Positions 1-10,987 of a stretch of 11,060 nucleotides of DNA are shown piece after piece. Origin of the DNA: Candidatus Thorarchaeota archaeon (GTDB taxonomy: Archaea > Asgardarchaeota > Thorarchaeia > Thorarchaeales > Thorarchaeaceae); the NCBI GenBank assembly GCA_016839605.1, contig JAEOTX010000021.1, positions 1 to 11,060 of the forward strand, written 5' to 3'. The notes under the pieces are model-generated. The model did not search any database. It saw nothing but the letters and a program-made list of their open reading frames with translations, and was not told where the DNA came from. Numbering within the stretch: position 1 is the first letter of the stretch; every line of letters begins with the position of its first letter. Made by a program: the position numbers and the translations under genes.

Positions 1-2414
1 ACTCATCGTCTTCAGAAAGCCTACTACCTCGGTCAAATGGTAGAAAGACTTCTGGAGCTAGTGCTCTCAAAGAGACAGCAAGACGACAAGGATCACTACG
101 CCAACAAGAGGCTAAAACTTTCAGGCGACCTTTTGATGTCACTATTCAGAGTAGCACTCTACTCTCTGACTCGTGACATAAAGTACCAGCTAGAGCGAAC
201 AGCTGTCCGTGGTCGGAAACCCAACATTCGCACTGCGGTCAGAGCAGACGTCATCACCCAGAGGCTCAAGCATGCACTTGCCACAGGTAACTGGGTAGGC
301 GGCAAGGCTGGTGTATCACAGCTACTTGATCGAACTAATTACATTTCATCACTATCACACCTACGAAGAGTGGTTTCACCACTCTCACGTTCACAGCCTC
401 ACTTCGAGGCACGAGACCTTCATTCCACACACTGGGGTAAGATCTGTCCCAACGAAACCCCTGAAGGCCCCAACTGTGGACTGGTCAAGAACATCGCTAT
501 GATGGCTTACATCTCGGTTGGAACTGAAGAAACCTCCATTGAGAAGGCCATGATCAAGGGTGAAGTCCAAGGAATCGAGAAACTCCGAGGAAAGAGAGGC
601 ACAAAGGCTGCTGATGTCTTCCTCAATGGCCGACTTGTGGGAGTACATCCTGCACCCCAGGTTCTGGTCAAGACGCTCAGACAGAAGCGTCGGGCCGGAG
701 AGATAGACGGTGAAACCAACATCGCATACTATGAAGGCACTCACGAAGTACAGGCCAACTGTGATGCAGGTCGTGTCAGACGACCACTGATAGTTGTAGA
801 GAACGGCAAGAGTCGACTCACAGATGAGCATCTCAGAATGGTCATGGATGGGGAATGGGGCTTCATGGACCTCATGAGAAATGGAATAGTAGAGTTCCTC
901 GATGCTGAAGAGGAGGAGAACACCCTCATTGCAATGTATCCTCATGAGATTGGACCCAACACCACACACATGGAAATCGAGCCTGCAACAATACTTGGCA
1001 TCTCTGCTGCACTGATTCCATTCCCAGAGAGGAACCAGTCACCACGTAACGTGTACATGGCAGGCATGGCAAAACAGTCTGTAGGTGTGCCTGCATCAAA
1101 CTTTAGGTATCGTGCTGATACCCGTTCACACTTCTTCCACTATCCCCAGATTCCATTGGTGAAGACTAGAGCTATGGATTCGATAGGCTACGAAGAGCGA
1201 CCGGCAATTCAGAACTTTGTGGTCGCAATCCTGTCCTTTGAGGGTTATAACATTGAAGACGCACTCATCATGAACAAGGCCTCAATCGAACGTGGACTTG
1301 GAAGGAGCACATTCACCCGGGTCTATGAGAGCGAAGAACGCAAGTACCCCGGTGGACAGGAAGACAGGTTCGAGATCCCTGACCGCAGTGTCAGAGGTTA
1401 CAGGGCCTCAGAGTCCTATCGTAACCTTGGTGAGGATGGAGTCATCGAGACCGAAGTAGAGGTAATGGGCGGTGATGTTCTCATTGGCAGGACCTCCCCA
1501 CCACGATTCCTTGAGGAATACTCAGAGTTTGACATCGCATCTCCCAACCGCCGAGAAACCTCAGTGGCCGTACGTCACGGAGAGTCTGGTGTGGTGGACA
1601 GCGTAATTCTTACCGAGACCATCGATGGTAACCGCCTCGTAAAGGTCAAGGTCCGAGACCTGAGAGTACCTGAGCTTGGTGACAAGTACGCATCTCGCCA
1701 TGGTCAGAAGGGTGTCATCGGATACATTGTTCCACAGGAAGATGTTCCCTTCACCGAAGATGGAGTGGTTCCTGACCTTCTTGTCAATCCCCACGCCATT
1801 CCAAGCCGGATGACTATTGGTCAGATTCTAGAGATGATCGCCGGAAAGGCTGCTTGCATGGATGGATACCAACAGGATGCTACACCCTTCAGCGGGGTAT
1901 CCGAGCAGGAACTCTTCGACCTACTCCAGGAGCACGGTCTCCAACACACTGGCAGAGAGGTCATGTACTCAGGAATCACCGGTGAGAAACTCAAAGTTGA
2001 CATATTCATTGGAGTTATTGCATATCAAAAGCTTCACCACATGGTTGCTGACAAGATTCACGCACGCGCGCGTGGTCCAGTACAGATACTGACACGACAG
2101 CCCACCGAGGGTAGGGCCCGAGAGGGAGGTCTACGGTTCGGAGAGATGGAGCGTGATGTACTCATTGGCCACGGGGCTGCAATACTCCTCAAGGGCCGGC
2201 TCTTAGACGAGTCTGATAAGAGCAACATGCTGGTCTGCGAGGAATGTGGACTCATTGGAGTCTACGACCGGAACAAGGACCAGTACTACTGTCCGATATG
2301 CGGCTCCAACGCGAAGATCAGTAGCGTTGTGGTGTCATACGCATTCAAACTTCTCATACAAGAGATGATGTCACTCGGCCTGGCCGCCAGGCTACGATTG
2401 AAGGAGATGATCTA

Positions 2415-2415
<1 letters not shown>
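1..2415 (+). CDS. rpoB: DNA-directed RNA polymerase subunit B (Rpo2), single chain, 5'-truncated by the window edge
   Basis: Frame +1 is open from base 1 (THRLQKAYYLGQ-MVERLL...), so ATG 37 is internal. Motifs: ATGNW, GVSQLLDR, ETPEGPNCGLVKN, GYNIEDA, GDKYASRHGQKG, NPHAIPSRMTIGQ, EGRAREGGLRFGEMERD, and a C-terminal CxxC..CxxC Zn ribbon. No stop at the usual B''/B' split position (before DVFLNG). Confidence 0.99.
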
Positions 2416-6424
<4,009 letters not shown>

Positions 6425-6435
6425 ACACTTCCATG

Positions 6436-6452
6436 ACGGAAACGTTAAAACA
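6436..6452 (+). promoter_or_regulatory. Putative internal archaeal promoter (BRE + TATA) for rpl30e-nusA
   Basis: GGAAACG-TTAAAAC (TATA-like at 6445-6451) in the 68-nt rpoA2-rpl30e spacer, about 45 nt upstream of the start codon. Confidence 0.55.
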
Positions 6453-6492
6453 GAACTCGAGTAGACGCAGAAACACAACGAGGTCATGACAA

Positions 6493-6786
6493 TTGAGCCT
6501 GAATCAGCCAATCTCTAGCGCAGTGAGTACCGGTGAATGTCGAATCGGTGCAAAGTCGTCCATAGACGCTCTAAAGACTTCTGAGGCAAAGGTAGTTGTT
6601 GTTGCAGCTAACTGCCCACGAAACGAATACGACGATATCGAGAGATTTGCCGCACTCTCGGGTATAAAGGTCCTGAAGTTTGAGGGAACCTCATGGGATC
6701 TTGGAGAGGTTGTAGGCAAGCCCTTTATGGTATCTGCTATAGCAGTGATTAAACCGGGTGACTCAAAGATTCTGAAAATGGCATGA
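6493..6786 (+). CDS. rpl30e: 50S ribosomal protein L30e (eL30)
   Basis: 97 aa with AVSTG..IG, VVVAANCP, FEGTSWDLGEVVGKPF and PGDSKIL motifs. Canonical position between rpoA2 and nusA. TTG start with SD GAGGT at 6480-6484. Confidence 0.95.
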   Translation: MSLNQPISSAVSTGECRIGAKSSIDALKTSEAKVVVVAANCPRNEYDDIERFAALSGIKVLKFEGTSWDLGEVVGKPFMVSAIAVIKPGDSKILKMA

Positions 6787-6796
6787 GGCGGTTCAT

Positions 6797-7225
6797 TTGG
6801 TCAAGCTCTCCATGGAGGATATGTCGCTCATTGCAACATTTGAGCGCATAACAGGAGCCTCTGCAGTAGACGTTGTTCGCGATGACAATGGCGAACGTAT
6901 CATTTTTGTTGTTAGAGAAAAGCAATTGGGGAAAGCCATTGGTCGTGGCGGTTCCAATGTGAAGGCTGCAGCAGACGCCTTTGGCAGAGCTGTTGATGTT
7001 GTGGAAATTGCTGATTCTCCTGAGGAATTTGTGAAGAGTGCTCTTGCTCCTGCTAGAGTCGAAGAAGTCAAAATCATAGTCCACAGGGACGGAAACAGGG
7101 TCGCTTCTGTCACTGTCAATTCAGATGACCGTGGTATTGCAATAGGTCGAGATGGCCGTAACGTTGCTCGTGCCCGTATCCTAGCGAGACGTCATTTTGA
7201 CCTCACTAATGTGGTCATAGCCTAG
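6797..7225 (+). CDS. nusA: Archaeal NusA-like transcription factor (two KH domains)
   Basis: 142 aa with two KH GxxG motifs (GKAIGRGGSNV, GIAIGRDGRNV) and a FERITGA N-terminus. Canonical position. TTG start with SD GAGG at 6785. Confidence 0.96.
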   Translation: MVKLSMEDMSLIATFERITGASAVDVVRDDNGERIIFVVREKQLGKAIGRGGSNVKAAADAFGRAVDVVEIADSPEEFVKSALAPARVEEVKIIVHRDGNRVASVTVNSDDRGIAIGRDGRNVARARILARRHFDLTNVVIA

Positions 7226-7300
7226 AAGATTGAAGCGGCAGTGAACTGCATTCTTATTAACATTCCAAAGAATGTTTCCTTGGAGAATCCAGAGATGATC

Positions 7301-7468
7301 ATGAAAAATGAATGGCTGATTCCGTTGGGCGGCATATGTCTTGCAGTAGCACTTGTTATCGACCACTTTCTCCCAGAGAATGAGATTCTGTCCTTCGTGA
7401 TGGGAATACTGATTGGTCTGTCAATCACCCTAAATCTGGTGGGGCTGTACAGGTCTAGAAATGGATAG
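7301..7468 (+). CDS. Small hypothetical membrane protein (55 aa, two predicted TM helices)
   Basis: MKNEWLIPLGGICLAVALVIDHFLPENEILSFVMGILIGLSITLNLVGLYRSRNG: two hydrophobic segments, a short loop and a basic C-tail. SD-like GAGATGAT directly before ATG 7301 and TATA-like TTATTAA at 7254-7260. The ORF-track GTG start at 7241 is probably too far upstream. Confidence 0.7.
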   Translation: MKNEWLIPLGGICLAVALVIDHFLPENEILSFVMGILIGLSITLNLVGLYRSRNG

Positions 7469-7507
7469 TAGAGGCATCCAGCGCGCTATTTCTGTCAGTT
7501 GCATTTG

Positions 7508-7524
7508 ACAATGCTTTTAAGGAA
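7508..7524 (+). promoter_or_regulatory. Putative archaeal TATA promoter for rps12-rps7
   Basis: ACAATGC-TTTTAAGG, TATA-like at 7515-7522. The predicted TSS near 7540-7545 coincides with the 5' end of a GC-rich hairpin. Confidence 0.55.
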
Positions 7525-7542
7525 ACTCTAGTCCGAAGCCGT

Positions 7543-7575
7543 GGCCACCAGTAGTGAACACCATACATGGTGGCC
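7543..7575 (+). promoter_or_regulatory. Stem-loop in the rps12 5' leader
   Basis: Perfect 8-bp inverted repeat GGCCACCA (7543-7550) / TGGTGGCC (7568-7575) with a 17-nt loop that can pair further (GTA/TAC). Confidence 0.5.
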
Positions 7576-7602
7576 TCATCATTATCAAAGAGGAACAATA
7601 CC

Positions 7603-8046
7603 TTGTCACGAGGAAAGAGCCCCCTGGGCGAGTTCGCAGCGAGACCCCTTGTACGGAAACGTAAGAAGTTCCGCTGGAAGAAAGCGTCCTACAAGAGGAG
7701 AGTACTCAAACTCAGGCGAAAGACTGACCCACTAGAGGGTGCTCCACAGGCAAGTGGCATTGTCCTCGAAAAAGTAGGGATTGAAAGCAAGCAGCCTAAC
7801 TCTGCTATCAGAAAGGCTGTACGAATTCAGCTCTCCAAGAACGGTAAGCAAATCACAGCATTCATTCCTGGTGATGGTGGCCTCAAATACATCGATGAGC
7901 ACGATCAAGTTTTAGTCGAAGGTATTGGCGGTGCAATGGGTGGCGCAATGGGAGACCTCCCTGGCGTCAGATGGAAAGTAATCCAAGTAAATGGCGTTTC
8001 TCTTGAGTCTTTGATATACGGAAAGAAGGAGAAGCCAATTCGTTAG
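7603..8046 (+). CDS. rps12: 30S ribosomal protein S12 (uS12)
   Basis: [51 protein letters not shown]. Start placed at TTG 7603 (SD GAGGA 7590-7594, 147 aa, [11 protein letters not shown]) rather than ATG 7567, which lies at the hairpin 3' arm. Confidence 0.97.
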   Translation: MSRGKSPLGEFAARPLVRKRKKFRWKKASYKRRVLKLRRKTDPLEGAPQASGIVLEKVGIESKQPNSAIRKAVRIQLSKNGKQITAFIPGDGGLKYIDEHDQVLVEGIGGAMGGAMGDLPGVRWKVIQVNGVSLESLIYGKKEKPIR

Positions 8047-8055
8047 GTGGTCATG

Positions 8056-8715
8056 ATGGCTGAAGAAGAGAAGACTGAGGTTGTTGAGGAGGCCCCTCCA
8101 GAGCCCGATCCACATGTCGCACCTGATCTATTGCTTTTTGGCAAGTGGGACTCTACAGCTGTCGAGATCAAAGATATTGGTCTTGTGCGATACATCTCCT
8201 TGAAGCCGGTACTGATTCCCCATACTGCAGGTCGACATGCCCACAAGAGATTTCACAAAAGCAATGTTCCCATTGTAGAGCGCTTTGTAAACAAGCTACT
8301 CAATGCTGGCAGAAGAAAGGACAAGAAGACTCGCACTGGTCGAAATGCCGGAAAGAAACTCAATGCTATTCACACCCTGAAACGTGTCTTCGAGATAATT
8401 AACTACCGAACCGGTCTGAATCCCATGCAGGTCCTTGTGACTGCCATCGAGAACTCGGCCCCATCCGAGGAAACCACTCGTATATCCTACGGTGGAATGG
8501 CATACCCGCGATCTGTTGATGTTGCTCCCCAGCGACGAATTGATCTAGCTCTCAAGTATCTGTCCGTGGGTGCAACTCGTTCTGCCCATAAGAATGCCAA
8601 GTCTTTCGAGGAGTGCTTGGTTGATGAGCTCCTTCTAGCATACAAGGGCGATCCAGCCAGTTTTGCAGTTGCCAGGAAGGAAGAGCGCGAGAGAGTCGCA
8701 CGTTCGGCACGATAG
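8056..8715 (+). CDS. rps7: 30S ribosomal protein S7 (uS7)
   Basis: LFGKWD, IPHTAGRHAHKRFHKSNVPIVERFVN, GRNAGKK, NPMQVLVTAIENSAP, VDVAPQRRID, KEERERVARSAR. SD AGGTGG at 8045-8050. Start is ATG 8056 or 8053. Confidence 0.98.
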   Translation: MAEEEKTEVVEEAPPEPDPHVAPDLLLFGKWDSTAVEIKDIGLVRYISLKPVLIPHTAGRHAHKRFHKSNVPIVERFVNKLLNAGRRKDKKTRTGRNAGKKLNAIHTLKRVFEIINYRTGLNPMQVLVTAIENSAPSEETTRISYGGMAYPRSVDVAPQRRIDLALKYLSVGATRSAHKNAKSFEECLVDELLLAYKGDPASFAVARKEERERVARSAR

Positions 8716-8770
8716 AATACAGCAGTGCATTTTCACAATCTACACACTAGTGGTGATGCTGTTCGTATTC

Positions 8771-8785
8771 AGAAAGTGATATAGT
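8771..8785 (+). promoter_or_regulatory. Possible BRE/TATA promoter of the EamA gene
   Basis: AGAAAGT-GATATAG about 45 nt upstream of ATG 8828. SD GAGGA at 8819-8823. Confidence 0.35.
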
Positions 8786-8827
8786 CAGGCTTCTCAAGCT
8801 CCAGATAGCGAAGACATAGAGGAATCA

Positions 8828-9730
8828 ATGGTGTCCAAACAGACCTATGCATGGTTGGCTGTTCTTTCAATCACCATCCTCTGGGCATCCTCTTTGATTT
8901 TTGCAAAGATGGTATTTGATGAACTCACTCCCATTATCTTTGTGACCCTTAGATACACTCTGGCATGCCCACTTCTTATTCCCATGACACTATTTGTAGT
9001 AAGACGCCAGGTGTCACCTGGAAATGTACGAAAGCATTGGAAAATCCTAGTCCTAGCAGGACTGTCAGGTCCTTTCTTGTCTCAATTGATGCAATACATT
9101 GGTCTCAATATGACCACGGCTAGTGATGCAGTGCTTTTGTTGAATTTCACTCCCGTTTTCGCAGTGTTCTTAGCTGCGGCATTTGTTGATGAACGAATCA
9201 CTACTGTAAAGATACTTGGACTCGTTCTTGCCACAGTAGGTGCAGTCCTGATTGTGTTCAATCCATCCCCTGTAGACCCCATTATCAGTCCCACGCGGTT
9301 GATTGGTGACATACTAGTGATTGCCTCCACACTCTTCTTTGCTATTAATGGGATTCTTGGGAAGATAGCGGTGAAGTCAGTGGATTCGGCAAGTCTTACT
9401 CTCTATAGCACGCTAGTTGCAATACCATTTCTATGGTTATCTGCAGCAATTATTGAGGATCTGACAGTGCTTCTTACTCTCAGCCTTCAAGCATGGATAA
9501 TTGTCTTGTGGGTTGGGATTGTAAATACTGCCCTTGGGTTCATGCTATATTACGAATCAATGAAGTACATTGAGGCCTCCAAGGTTCAAATTGCACTGAA
9601 CTTGATTGGTGTATGGGGAGTACTGTTTTCGGTCCTAGTACTTGGCGAATTGACATCTCTACTTCAAATCATAGGAGGGGCGGCAACCATCTTTGGTGTC
9701 ATAATGGTCCAGAGGGATCGAGCCCGGTAA
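8828..9730 (+). CDS. EamA/DMT superfamily transporter
   Basis: 300 aa, about 10 hydrophobic segments in two repeats. Motifs ILWASS..FAK, P....LRY, YIGL..TTAS.A.LL..FTPVF, ERIT..KILG, GDILV, LGE.....QIIGG. Substrate cannot be inferred. Confidence 0.93.
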   Translation: MVSKQTYAWLAVLSITILWASSLIFAKMVFDELTPIIFVTLRYTLACPLLIPMTLFVVRRQVSPGNVRKHWKILVLAGLSGPFLSQLMQYIGLNMTTASDAVLLLNFTPVFAVFLAAAFVDERITTVKILGLVLATVGAVLIVFNPSPVDPIISPTRLIGDILVIASTLFFAINGILGKIAVKSVDSASLTLYSTLVAIPFLWLSAAIIEDLTVLLTLSLQAWIIVLWVGIVNTALGFMLYYESMKYIEASKVQIALNLIGVWGVLFSVLVLGELTSLLQIIGGAATIFGVIMVQRDRAR

Positions 9731-9765
9731 CCAGAAACGCTGAACACCGAGCTCATTTATCTGAT

Positions 9766-10107
9766 TCACCTGTTGAGTAGGGCAAATCCAGTTGCCCTTA
9801 TCACGGAAACATCGTCGAACATACCTATAGTGCTCCTTCTTGCACTTTTTCCCCTTTCAATCGGGAGTGACAACTTCACTCGAGCACCGTATATCCTAGC
9901 ATATGTTGCATCAATAAGGAAGACCTCAGCAAAGATGACAATAATCCCCAATCCTGGATAATACAACGCAGGGATTATCAGAACTCCCATAGTGATCAAA
10001 CCTATCAACGCCTCAAAGTACCTGCGTGACGCATCAAATGCAGCTGTAGGTAGTTATGGCCGTGCCTGAGGCACTGGCTTTGGTCCAAACAGATCAAATT
10101 TCGACAT
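9766..10107 (-). pseudogene. Small membrane protein, paralog B, interrupted by an in-frame TAA at codon 18 (nonsense mutation or sequence error)
   Basis: Minus strand from ATG 10107 reads MSKFDLFGPKPVPQARP*LPTAAFDASRRYFEALIGLITMGVL..., in frame with the 80-aa ORF of the track. It aligns without gaps to paralog A across the stop, where TAA 10056-10054 corresponds to TCA (Ser). SD-like GAAGTGAT precedes the ATG. Confidence 0.75.
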
Positions 10108-10118
10108 TACAAATCACT

Positions 10119-10457
10119 TCACTTTGTGAGTAGTCCTTGTGGTCTAGTCCTAGAAACATATCTGCAATCGTATACCGTTCTCTTCTTTGCATCTGTTCTC
10201 CCTCCAAGCGGGAGTGACATTTTCACTCGAGCACCGTATGTCCTTGCATATATTGCATCAATCAGGTAGATTTCAGCAAAGATTACAATGAAGAATAGTC
10301 CAGGATATTCCAATACAGGAATCATCAGGACTCCCATCACAATCAAGCCCATCAGTGCTTCAAAGTGCTTGCGCGATGTACCAAGTGCGGCTGTTGGCAA
10401 TGATGTCGACGCAATAGGCACTCGCATAGGTCCAGTCACTTCGAATTTCGATACCAT
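10119..10457 (-). CDS. Small hypothetical membrane protein, paralog A (112 aa, hydrophobic hairpin)
   Basis: Perfect archaeal SD GAGGTGAT (10469-10462) before ATG 10457. Hydrophobic core ALMGLIVMGVLMIPVLEYPGLFFIVIFAEIYLIDAIY followed by a basic tail. Protein-level conservation with the neighbouring paralog supports coding. Confidence 0.85.
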   Translation of the reverse strand: MVSKFEVTGPMRVPIASTSLPTAALGTSRKHFEALMGLIVMGVLMIPVLEYPGLFFIVIFAEIYLIDAIYARTYGARVKMSLPLGGRTDAKKRTVYDCRYVSRTRPQGLLTK

Positions 10458-10470
10458 AAGCATCACCTCG

Positions 10471-10570
10471 TATTATGTATCAGCAATACATGTTATAAGT
10501 ATTACGATTACATGATACACTTTAAATCTGATAAAACCATCCGCGAATTGAGCCGATTTAGTTATCAATT
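10471..10570. promoter_or_regulatory. AT-rich divergent promoter region with candidate operator repeats
   Basis: The minus strand reads CGTAATAC-TTATAA (TTATAA 10493-10498), about 25 nt upstream of the paralog A SD. TTTAAAT at 10521-10527. Inverted repeat ATGTAT-N5-ATACAT at 10475-10491. Confidence 0.55.
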
Positions 10571-10597
10571 ATGCATGCATCGAATTCGGTGAGTAGA

Positions 10598-10978
10598 ATG
10601 AAGATTACAAAAGTGATCAAGGCGCATGAGAGCGAGATTACAAAGACCCTGACTGTGAAGAAAGGAGAATCACTTGAGGGCACGGAGAAGGAAACAGGAT
10701 GGGAAGGATGGCTCTGGTGTCGAAATAAAGCAGAGATTGAGGGATGGGTACCGAAGTCCTATCTAGAGCCCCTGTCCGAAGCAGGACAATACCAGTTGCT
10801 CCAAGACTACACCGCAAGAGAGTTGAAGGTTCAACCTGGAGAAGAAGTGATGGTGCTCATTGAGGAGAGCGGCTGGGCATGGGCACGAACCCCGTTCGGA
10901 GAGGAAGGTTGGATCCCACTGGAGAATCTAGGCGATGTGAAGACACAACCAGATTCAGTCCCAGACTTAATGAAGTGA
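10598..10978 (+). CDS. Tandem SH3-domain protein (126 aa)
   Basis: Two SH3-like repeats: VIKAH...LTVKKGE...GWLWC...EGWVPKSYL and LLQDYTARELKVQPGEEV...GWAWA...GEEGWIPLENL. SD GGTGA at 10588-10592 favours ATG 10598 over 10571. Confidence 0.88.
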   Translation: MKITKVIKAHESEITKTLTVKKGESLEGTEKETGWEGWLWCRNKAEIEGWVPKSYLEPLSEAGQYQLLQDYTARELKVQPGEEVMVLIEESGWAWARTPFGEEGWIPLENLGDVKTQPDSVPDLMK

Positions 10979-10987
10979 GACGATGTT

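Larger units (their letters stand above)
9766..10470 (-). repeat. Diverged tandem gene duplication (offset 347 nt)
   Basis: TTCACTCGAGCACCGTAT is identical at 9875-9892 and 10222-10239, CGGGAGTGACA at 9862 and 10209, and AATTTCGA near both 5' ends. 55 of 81 residues are identical over the aligned core (hand count). Confidence 0.92.

Noticed and set aside
6486-6518. Out-of-frame 10-codon ORF (MTIEPESANL) overlapping the rpl30e start, with the palindrome GTCATGAC
   Set aside because: The ATG is only 1 nt from the SD, too close for efficient initiation, and an 8-bp palindrome is expected by chance.
7567-7602. 12-aa N-terminal extension of S12 from ATG 7567
   Set aside because: No SD before this ATG, which is at the hairpin arm. 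TTG 7603 has an SD and gives the typical length.
10054-10056. Stop-codon recoding (Sec, Pyl or alternative code) at the internal stop of paralog B
   Set aside because: The codon is TAA, not TGA or TAG. It aligns with Ser TCA by one substitution, and TAA terminates other genes in this window.
9773-10515. Plus-strand ORFs 9773-9961 and 10288-10515
   Set aside because: Antisense to the duplicated membrane genes. SD sites and synonymous-type divergence support the minus strand.
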